Positions 21,468 through 29,039 of a stretch of DNA of 64,000 bases are shown here, piece by piece. The stretch spans positions 7,114 to 71,113 of the forward strand of contig CAZBOB010000003.1 of NCBI GenBank assembly GCA_964492995.1, in the 5' to 3' direction. A program made the translations under genes and the position numbers. The notes beneath the pieces were generated by a model. That model was not told the origin of the DNA. It saw only the letters and a program-made list of their open reading frames with translations, and did not search any database. The stretch is from an uncultured Desulfobacteraceae bacterium. GTDB lineage: Bacteria; Desulfobacterota; Desulfobacteria; Desulfobacterales; UBA11574. Within the stretch, counting starts at the first letter, position 1. Each line of letters starts with the position of its first letter.

Positions 21468-21677
21468 ATGTGTAGTGAATTTAAAATGTTAAAACTTAAA
21501 ATGCTGACAATGTTTTATAATAAATTAGAAGCAATAGCCTCAGCAAACAACAAGACGGTTAATGATATGGCTCTGGAAATGATACATGAAAAAATAAAAA
21601 GAACCGAAACTGAGCAGAAAAAAGAAATAGTTACTGATATGTTGAAAGACTCGGGTGGGAAAATAATCAAGTCTTAA
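21468..21677 (+). CDS. small ribbon-helix-helix-like protein (cassette copy 1)
   Basis: 69-aa ORF. LKMLTMFYNKLEAIASANNKTVNDMALEMIHEKI fits a strand-helix-helix pattern. It is a positional homolog of 39765-39989. Confidence 0.45.
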   Translation: MCSEFKMLKLKMLTMFYNKLEAIASANNKTVNDMALEMIHEKIKRTETEQKKEIVTDMLKDSGGKIIKS

Positions 21678-21857
21678 GACAAAAATATAAAACATAAATC
21701 AACATTTTTAATATTTCAATGCGATTCCGGATTTTATGACTCCAATTTTCTACCAACGCACAAAAAGAATGAGCCTTTAAAATAAAACACTTATTAGATA
21801 TTACAGATCTTATTTTATTTTTTTGAAGTTCTTTTTCCAACCTATATTTTTCCGTTT

Positions 21858-23450
21858 TTAAAGAATTCCCTTTGCTTTTAAAAATTCTTCTACCACCTCA
21901 GCTGTTCTTCTTTTTTTCCCATCCACCTCAACGTTCAAACGTTGCATCGTAGCATTGTCAATGAGTCCTCCGGAAAGTGATAGAACATCACCAAGTTTCG
22001 GATGGGTTTTCAGGATTTCTTCTCTGATGACAGGGGCAGCATGGTATGGAGGGAAAAATTTCCGGTCGTCTTTGAGCGGTTTTAAGTTATATGCTGCAAT
22101 ACGACCGTCAGTGGCAAAGGCGCATATCACATCCACTTCCTCTTTGGCCACGGCTTCGTACATGAGTGCAGGATCAAAATCCCGGACCTCACCAAATCGT
22201 AAACCATAGATCTGGCGGAGTCCCGGATAACCATCCGGCCTCTCCGCAAATTCTGCCGTGAAGCCCGCCCGTAGCTCTATAGCAGTATTTCCAAGATCAG
22301 AGATCCGGTTCCATTCGTTCTTCTTTGCATCTGCTTCACGGACCGTAATTGCGTATGTATTGTTAAATCCGAAAGGTTTCAGCCACTGTAGACCAAAGCG
22401 CTCATGGTAAGCTTTGGTGACGTGGCGCAGCGCTTCCTCGGGATCGGAAATCACCGGATGTTTTAGAATCACAGTCAATCCGGTCCCTGTGTACTCGGCA
22501 TAAAGGTCGATCTCTCCATTGACAAGGGCGCCATGACAGATCATTGTACCGCCAAGATTAAAACGACGTTCCACAATTAAATCGGTCTTTGTCTCAATCA
22601 GCTGAGCCATCATCTCCCCGAGGATGAGCTGTTCGGTAAAGTTTTTGGTTGCAATCCTGATAATTCTGTTACCTGTTTTCAATTGTGTTGCTGATTTGGA
22701 AATCCATCCGGGTTTTGTGAAGTAGGTAATGATACTGATCAGAACTAAAGCAACGGGTAACATAAAGGCCAGCCGTCGCATCAACGACTGAACCGATCCT
22801 TTTTTATCCCTTTTTCTTTCCGGTCGAAGCCCCCACTCAAAAGCCCCGATGGAAAAGTCTACAAACAAGGCGAGCAATGCCGCAGGTACGGCACCAAGAA
22901 GAATGAGCTTTGTATTGGCCAACGCCAGACCCCGATTAATGAACTGGCCCAGTCCGCCGGCTCCGATGAACGCCGAAAGGGTGGCGATGCCCACCCCCAC
23001 CACTGCCGCGGTTCGGATGCCGGCCACAATCACCGGCGCGGCCAAAGGTATTCTCACCATCATGAGTTGCTGGTATTCTTGCATACCGATTCCTTTGGCA
23101 GCTTCCATTACCTCAGCGGAGACTTCCTCTAGTCCTGTAAGGGTGTTTCTGGCAATCGGCAGCAACGCATAGAGGGTAAGGGCAATGAGGGCGGGTAGTA
23201 CACCGATTTTTTTGAGCAGTGCCAGCAAAAAGACCAGCATGGCCAGGCTTGGTATGGTCTGAAGGATACCAATGACACCCATCAGTAGCCCTCGCAGATA
23301 GGTGGCTCGAAAAAGTAGAATACCAACAGGGATCCCGATGAACATGGCTCCCAGAGTAGAACATCCTGTCAGCATGAGGTGTTCCCCGGTTCGAAGCCAG
23401 AGTTCCGGCAATCGTTCGACGACATACGCAACCATAGCATCTAAGCTCAT
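21858..23450 (-). CDS. osmoprotectant (glycine betaine/choline type) ABC transporter, permease fused to substrate-binding domain
   Basis: 530-aa ORF. The N-terminal half has the ABC permease EAA-type region (EAAKGIGMQEYQQLMMVRIPLAAPVI). The C-terminal half is OpuC/OpuB-type binding-protein-like (IRIATKNFTEQLILGEMM...DLYAEYTGTG). Confidence 0.85.
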   Translation of the reverse strand: MSLDAMVAYVVERLPELWLRTGEHLMLTGCSTLGAMFIGIPVGILLFRATYLRGLLMGVIGILQTIPSLAMLVFLLALLKKIGVLPALIALTLYALLPIARNTLTGLEEVSAEVMEAAKGIGMQEYQQLMMVRIPLAAPVIVAGIRTAAVVGVGIATLSAFIGAGGLGQFINRGLALANTKLILLGAVPAALLALFVDFSIGAFEWGLRPERKRDKKGSVQSLMRRLAFMLPVALVLISIITYFTKPGWISKSATQLKTGNRIIRIATKNFTEQLILGEMMAQLIETKTDLIVERRFNLGGTMICHGALVNGEIDLYAEYTGTGLTVILKHPVISDPEEALRHVTKAYHERFGLQWLKPFGFNNTYAITVREADAKKNEWNRISDLGNTAIELRAGFTAEFAERPDGYPGLRQIYGLRFGEVRDFDPALMYEAVAKEEVDVICAFATDGRIAAYNLKPLKDDRKFFPPYHAAPVIREEILKTHPKLGDVLSLSGGLIDNATMQRLNVEVDGKKRRTAEVVEEFLKAKGIL

Positions 23451-23533
23451 ATGAAGTGCCCCATTATGTCAAGGTGCCCGGCCGTTTTATCCAGGGCAAA
23501 CGCATTTGAATGCCAATAGATGGAGAACGCTCC

Positions 23534-23734
23534 GCGACGGCGTATATCTCTTTCTAACCGACTGAAACTTGTGCTTAAGCACCCGTAAGCCCTCGCCGCG
23601 CCGGAGTTATTAAGAACCATTCGTTGCTAAATGATCTCATTGATTTTTTGATTCATTACTTCATTCGGCTCGGGCTAACGCGTGCTAAAGCCCTTCAAAC
23701 AGTCAGTCGGTTTCCAAGAGAAACACGCCGTCGC
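23534..23734. repeat. ~200-bp imperfect palindrome between the ABC ATPase and permease genes
   Basis: GCGACGGCGT...AACCGACTGA...GCTTAAGCAC on the left pairs with GTGCTAAAGC...TCAGTCGGTT...ACGCCGTCGC on the right. Confidence 0.8.
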
Positions 23735-23749
23735 TACGCCGCACCGAAA

Positions 23750-24493
23750 TTAAATGTGTTTACCCTGCCGTTTTATGGTAAATAAATCTTGTACGAATTG
23801 GGTTGCCGGCATGTCCAATATATCCTTTTTCGTTCCGATCTGTTCCAGATGGCCCTCATGCAGAATTGCAATGCGGTCACCAATGAGGAGCGCTTCATGA
23901 AGGTCATGGGTTACAAAGACGATCGTCTTTTTAAGCTGATTTTTCAAGGTTAATAATTGTTGCTGGAGTGCTTCACGGGTGAGGGCATCAAGAGCACCGA
24001 ACGGCTCATCCATGAGTAAATAAGTAGGGTTTGCTGCAAGAGCGCGGGCAACGCCAACCCTTTGCTGCTGACCACCGGAGAGTTCATCGGGAAATCTTTG
24101 AGCAAAACTCTCGGCCGGGAGTCCGACAAGGTCTAATAGTTCCTGCATGCGCTCTCGCCTGGAAGGGATTGACCATCCCAGGAGCCGCGGAACAATTTCA
24201 ACATTCTGTTCAATGGTCATATGGGGGAACAGACCGATTCCCTGAAAAACATAACCTATTTGACGACGCAAATCTACGGGGTTGTGATCCATGATATCCT
24301 TCCCACCGACTTCAATGATTCCTTTGGTAGGTTCGATCAGGCGATTGATCATTTTAAGGGTAGTGGTTTTACCGCATCCTGATGAGCCCAAAAGGACCAG
24401 AGTTTCACCCATGCCCACGCTTAAAGAAAGATCTTTGACCGCATAGGAACGGCCGGCGTCAAATGTTTTAAAAACACGCGTTAGTTTGATCAT
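23750..24493 (-). CDS. osmoprotectant ABC transporter ATP-binding protein
   Basis: Walker A GSSGCGKTT, signature LSGGQQQRV and Walker B LLMDEPF. The start was taken at the internal Met (MIKLTRVFK). Confidence 0.9.
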   Translation of the reverse strand: MIKLTRVFKTFDAGRSYAVKDLSLSVGMGETLVLLGSSGCGKTTTLKMINRLIEPTKGIIEVGGKDIMDHNPVDLRRQIGYVFQGIGLFPHMTIEQNVEIVPRLLGWSIPSRRERMQELLDLVGLPAESFAQRFPDELSGGQQQRVGVARALAANPTYLLMDEPFGALDALTREALQQQLLTLKNQLKKTIVFVTHDLHEALLIGDRIAILHEGHLEQIGTKKDILDMPATQFVQDLFTIKRQGKHI

Positions 24494-24637
24494 GGTTTCT
24501 TTGATGGTTTGATAGAAAGGCCGTCTGGGTATAAATATTAGAAAAAAGTCTTGAGAACATAATTTATATTGATTTATTGATTTGTCTGAAGTAATAAATT
24601 GTTGGAAGTAAAAAGTTTTTAACAGGAACAAAATAAC

Positions 24638-25129
24638 ATGTCAACTGACAGCAGCGGCAATCTAAATACTATAAACAAAATATTTCCGCCTGACCAGACC
24701 AAGCAGATCATCTTTTCGATCCGCAGGCTCATTCAGGCGAGCGAGCTCTATACCAAAGAATTAAACAAAAAATATCAGGTAAGCGCGGCACAGCTCAACT
24801 GCATTTTAACACTTTATGAGTATGGCCCTTTACCGCCATCCAAAATCGCCAATCATATGATGGTTAAGTCCAGCACAGTCACTGGAGTTGTCGACCGCTT
24901 GGAAAAGAAAGGTCTTGCGGAGCGGATGCGAAACTCTCCGGATCGCCGCGTGATTACCATCCAACTCACCGAAGCCGGAAAGAAGTTGGCCCAAAATGCC
25001 CCGCCTCCCATCCAGCAAAAGATCATTGATGGTTTGAAACAAACTGAAAACGCCAAAAAAGAACAGATTGTGCGTTCCCTAAACATGCTGACCGACATGC
25101 TTGACATCCAGGATCTGGAGGTCAAGTAG
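24638..25129 (+). CDS. MarR family transcriptional regulator
   Basis: Winged-helix region LTLYEYGPLPPSKIANHMMVKSSTVTGVVDRLEKKGLAERMRNSPDRRV. It is divergent from the ABC transporter genes. Confidence 0.85.
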   Translation: MSTDSSGNLNTINKIFPPDQTKQIIFSIRRLIQASELYTKELNKKYQVSAAQLNCILTLYEYGPLPPSKIANHMMVKSSTVTGVVDRLEKKGLAERMRNSPDRRVITIQLTEAGKKLAQNAPPPIQQKIIDGLKQTENAKKEQIVRSLNMLTDMLDIQDLEVK

Positions 25130-25282
25130 CACTACGGATTTTATCTTTTTCTCGATCGCTGAGAACCTCAGCAAACAGCCCCCGTCTGGATGTTTTCAAA
25201 AAAAGCCTTTACAAAAGATTTTTATTGCTGTAATAGTTTTTATTAAAATGATTTAAACTAAAATTTTTCTGTGTGAGATATT

Positions 25283-25449
25283 GAGACCTTTAAAAAATGT
25301 TCGAATTTGTTCAAATTCAAGTCGAAGATCCCTGACTTTGAGTGGGGGACACCGAAGATTTTAACCGCTGGAATACATTAAGTATTTCAAGGATTACAAT
25401 CTGAGTCTGACTGAAAAATTGAGCAAAAGGGGATGTTTTTCAACGGTCT
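25283..25449 (+). repeat. nested-hairpin repeat, copy A (degenerate)
   Basis: GAGACCTTTAAAAAATG...GATGTTTTTCAACGGTCT aligns along its whole length with copies B and C. Confidence 0.8.
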
Positions 25450-25494
25450 TATTTCTTTGCAGAAATAACTTTGCTGATACGAGGCGACTTTAAG

Positions 25495-26187
25495 ATGGAA
25501 ATCATACCGATCATAGAAAAAGATGAGTTGGCCAGGCTCTTGGGGGGCGACGAATTCGGCAACATTTCCCGTTCGACCCGCTTAAAAATAGAAAAACTGG
25601 AAACAATATTTGAAAAACTTGTCGAACCTTCTTTGTATCACCAGAACACGGGGATCGATTCAGTGGAAAAGGGGACCGTTCATCTTGAAGAAGGACCGGA
25701 ATTCAAAAGTCCGAAACTTTCAAAAGTGTTAAAAGACTGTGACGATATTATATGTTATATCGCAACGTTAGGTGATGGTGTCGACGGCGAAATCAATCGG
25801 CTCATGGACAAAAAGCACATGGCAGAAGCGTACATCCTGGACGCCATGGCATCTGTGGCTGCCGATAATATGGTGGCAACGTTTCATCGGCGTATGAAGG
25901 ATGAATATAAAAACCAGGGCAAACAGGTGACCCTATGTTTCAGTCCGGGGTATTGTGACTGGGCTATTACTGAACAGAAAAAACTTTTTAAATTATTAGA
26001 CTCACAGGATGTTGATGTTCAACTGAACGATTCATGCCTTATGACTCCCCTCAAGTCTATTTCGGGTGTATTTGGAATACAGTCTGATTATGAAAACGGT
26101 AAGACGCCTTACGATCCTTGCTGGGACTGCAACAAGACGGATTGTCCGGCAAGAAGGGCTCCCAAGAGAGAAAGGAAAAAAACATGA
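25495..26187 (+). CDS. stand-alone protein resembling the MetH (B12-dependent methionine synthase) activation domain
   Basis: TLCFSPGYCDWAITEQKKLFKLLD...LNDSCLMTPLKSISGVFG matches the PGY...Q..LF.LL...M.P..SVSG pattern of the SAM-binding reactivation domain. Its stop overlaps the next start (ATGA). Confidence 0.65.
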   Translation: MEIIPIIEKDELARLLGGDEFGNISRSTRLKIEKLETIFEKLVEPSLYHQNTGIDSVEKGTVHLEEGPEFKSPKLSKVLKDCDDIICYIATLGDGVDGEINRLMDKKHMAEAYILDAMASVAADNMVATFHRRMKDEYKNQGKQVTLCFSPGYCDWAITEQKKLFKLLDSQDVDVQLNDSCLMTPLKSISGVFGIQSDYENGKTPYDPCWDCNKTDCPARRAPKRERKKT

Positions 26188-27644
26188 AGATCCGAAGGGG
26201 ACTCAACGGAGGCCATTATAAGCCGTTAAGCGACAAGGATGTCGAAAAAATACATCAAACAAGCCTTAAGATCTTTTCAGAAGTAGGCGTACAGGTGAAT
26301 TTCCCGGAGGCGCTGGAGCTTTTTAAAAAAGCAGGAGCCAGCATCAATGATTCAACCAAAATAGCCAAATTCAACCCAAGGCTGGTTATGGAACTGATCA
26401 AACCGGCCCCTTCTGTTGTTCATCTTTGTGGCAGAGAAGACAGCGGCGAACTGGACTGCGAAATCGGCGGTAACAAGGTTTATATGGGAACAGGAGGTAC
26501 CGCCCTTAATGTTCAAGATCCCGGGGAAAGAACCGCACGACGGTCCAAATTAGAAGACATCAAGAACATGGCACGGCTGGTGGATGCTCTGGACAATGTA
26601 CATTTTTATATGCTCAATGTGTATCCCAATGATCTGCCGGTTGAAAGGGTGGATGTGAACCGGTTCGGTGCTGCCCTTAACAATACCCGCAAGCATGTAA
26701 TGGGCGGGGTTTATACCCTGGAAGGGGTTAGAAATGTGATTAAGATGGCGGAACTTATCGCAGGTTCTCCGGAAAAACTCAGAAAGCGCCCGTTTATCTC
26801 CATGGTAACCTGTAATATCAGCCCGTTTATGCTTGATGAAAGCTATGGTCAGTTAGCCATAGAGGTTGCAAGGCAAGGTATACCCGTGGTTGTACCGGTA
26901 GAGCCCCTTTGCGGTGCGACTGCGCCTATTACACTGGCCGGCAATCTGGTCGTGCAAAACGTGGACACCCTTATCGGGGTTATGCTCACCCAATTGGTCA
27001 ATCCGGGCACTCCGGTGTTATACGGATGCATATCTTCGATTACTGATCTTCGCGATATGAAATACCTGTCCGGCGCCATTGAAATGGGTCTGATGAATGC
27101 GGCTTCGGCTCAGATGGCAAATTTCTATAACCTCCCCTTATATTCCACCGCCGGCATGTCTGATGCCAAAATCAACGATTCACAGTCCGGTTATGAATCG
27201 GCATTGACCGGTTTGATGGTGGCTCTGGCCGGCGGTAACTTTATTCATGATGCCGCCGGGTTCCTGGAATTTTGTATGACGGCTTCATATGATAAGCTTG
27301 TAATAGATAACGAAATTATCGGTATGGTAATGCGTGCTGTCGAAGGAATCACGGTTGATGAAGAATCCCTGGCATTCGAAGTTTTAAAAAAAGCCGGGCC
27401 GGGGGGTCATTTTGTTTCAAACCGGCACACTCGAAAATTCATGCGCACCGAGCAGTACCAGCCCCAACTCAGCGACAGGAATAACAGGGAAATTTGGGAG
27501 ACAAAAGGAGCAAAATCCCTCCGGGTTCGTGCTTCAGAGAAAGCAAGGGAAATTTTAGAACGACCTGAAACTCCGGTGCTTTCATCTGATATGCGCGATA
27601 TCATCCGAAAAGAAATTCCCGGGCTGAAAGCCGGTATCATGTAA
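26184..27644 (+). CDS. MttB-superfamily (trimethylamine methyltransferase family) protein, non-pyrrolysine, paralog 1
   Basis: 486-aa uninterrupted ORF, colinear with the three other paralogs (shared blocks such as TRKHVMGG, GIPV, TAPITLAG, DNEIIGM, GPGGHF). Confidence 0.85.
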   Translation: MKIRRGLNGGHYKPLSDKDVEKIHQTSLKIFSEVGVQVNFPEALELFKKAGASINDSTKIAKFNPRLVMELIKPAPSVVHLCGREDSGELDCEIGGNKVYMGTGGTALNVQDPGERTARRSKLEDIKNMARLVDALDNVHFYMLNVYPNDLPVERVDVNRFGAALNNTRKHVMGGVYTLEGVRNVIKMAELIAGSPEKLRKRPFISMVTCNISPFMLDESYGQLAIEVARQGIPVVVPVEPLCGATAPITLAGNLVVQNVDTLIGVMLTQLVNPGTPVLYGCISSITDLRDMKYLSGAIEMGLMNAASAQMANFYNLPLYSTAGMSDAKINDSQSGYESALTGLMVALAGGNFIHDAAGFLEFCMTASYDKLVIDNEIIGMVMRAVEGITVDEESLAFEVLKKAGPGGHFVSNRHTRKFMRTEQYQPQLSDRNNREIWETKGAKSLRVRASEKAREILERPETPVLSSDMRDIIRKEIPGLKAGIM

Positions 27645-27972
27645 TTAAACGCCTTCGGGAATTCAATAACTTATTCCAACTTAAGGTAACTTCTCAATAA
27701 GTTCTGGTGTTTAAATAGTGATATTGAGCCGCCAACTAATAATAAAATGTAAAATGTCTGGAACTCGAATATAAGTGATCCTAAAGAAAAAACAGATGCC
27801 AATTATTTAATATCAAGTGCTTAAACACAACATCATTTATATAAAAGATGAATGATCTTAACCGCTGTTTTTTCTTAAGGCTCACTAACATTCTCAAACA
27901 GCCAGACCTTTTACATTTTATCACCAGTTGGCCCCATAATTTATTGAGATATTACAACTTAAGTTTCCAATG

Positions 27973-28201
27973 CAGAAATGAGCAATTTTTTGCAAGGTCA
28001 AGGACAATTCTGCAGGATAGCGGAATTGGACGGCTGAATAGCCGCCCGTAAGGGCGAGGGGCATGGACGCCCCGAGTCAAATCAAGGAATTACGCGTCCC
28101 GCCCCGAGGCGGGAACAAGTAATTCCGCAGATTGACCCCAGAGAAATAGGCTCCGCATTTCACGGGGCAGGCGCAGAGATTGCGGAAAAGGGCCATTTCT
28201 G
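27973..28201 (+). repeat. nested-hairpin repeat, copy D (expanded by GC-rich hairpin insertions)
   Basis: Outer arms are CAGAAATG/CATTTCTG and inner arms are GCAAT/ATTGC. The 5' part (AATGAGCAATTTTTTGCAAGGTCAAGGA) and 3' part (ATTGCGGAAAAGGGCCATTTCT) align with copies B and C. Confidence 0.65.
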
Positions 28202-28224
28202 GACGGAAACGGAGGTATTCATAT

Positions 28225-29019
28225 ATGATCATCATCGGGGAAAAAATTAACGCAACCCTTTCTCCTGTAAAATCCATAATGTTGAATCGAGAGAAAGAAA
28301 ACCTTATCGAGCTGGCAAAAAAACAGGCGGAATCCGGCGCAAACTTTATTGATGTAAATGTGGGTACCGGTGTGGGATCTCTTGAAGATGAAATTGAATC
28401 TATCCAATGGGCGGTTGAAAGTATTCAAGAACAAATCAAAACACCCCTTTGCATTGACAGTGCAGATCCAAAGGTGATGGAAACCGGGCTTAAAATTCTG
28501 AATAACAAACCTGCCATGATCAATTCTGCCAAAGCTGAGAAGTCTAACCTGGAAGCGGTAGTGCCCCTTGCCGCCGAACATGATTCTTTTCTAATTGCAC
28601 TGGCAATGGATGAAAGCGGTATTCCAAAAACGGTGGAAGGAAGGCTCCGGTGTTGCGATACAATCCTCGGCGCCTGTGAAAAATATGGGGTTTCTATTCA
28701 AAATCTTTATATTGATCCTTTGGTCATGCCGATCAGTACGGATATAAATTCGGGAATGGTGACGCTAAAAACGTTAACCGCCATTAAAGAAAAATTTCCC
28801 GGTGCCAGAACCGTGACAGGACTTTCAAACGTATCCTACGGCTTACCCGAACGGGGCAGACTTAATGTTGCCTACCTGCACATGTGTATATCTGCGGGGC
28901 TCGATGCCGCCATTATCGATCCCCTGGATCAAACGCTGATGGCATCGGTAAAAACAGGAGAAGTATTGGCCGGGAAAGATCGACATTGCCGCCGGTACAT
29001 GCGTGCTTTCCGAAAGTAA
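28225..29019 (+). CDS. methyltetrahydrofolate:corrinoid methyltransferase-like protein (MeTr/MtgA/MtrH family), copy 1
   Basis: MIIIGEKINA... start with a GGAGG Shine-Dalgarno. It has pterin-binding barrel blocks (FIDVNVG, LCIDS, MINS, YIDPLV, GLSNVSYGLP). It is a paralog of 56275-57075. Confidence 0.82.
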   Translation: MIIIGEKINATLSPVKSIMLNREKENLIELAKKQAESGANFIDVNVGTGVGSLEDEIESIQWAVESIQEQIKTPLCIDSADPKVMETGLKILNNKPAMINSAKAEKSNLEAVVPLAAEHDSFLIALAMDESGIPKTVEGRLRCCDTILGACEKYGVSIQNLYIDPLVMPISTDINSGMVTLKTLTAIKEKFPGARTVTGLSNVSYGLPERGRLNVAYLHMCISAGLDAAIIDPLDQTLMASVKTGEVLAGKDRHCRRYMRAFRK

Positions 29020-29039
29020 AGAATCTATAGGAGGATATA

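Noticed and set aside
22849-23172. Plus-strand 107-aa ORF and other ORFs antisense to the ABC permease gene, plus the similar antisense ORFs inside the RamA-like gene (61808-63031).
   Set aside because: They sit opposite strongly supported genes in locally GC-rich DNA. Their Ala/Pro/Arg/Ser-rich products carry no motifs.
26118-26183. Upstream extension of the MttB paralog 1 ORF into the preceding gene.
   Set aside because: The ATG at 26184 overlaps the preceding stop (ATGA) and gives an N-terminus colinear with the other paralogs.
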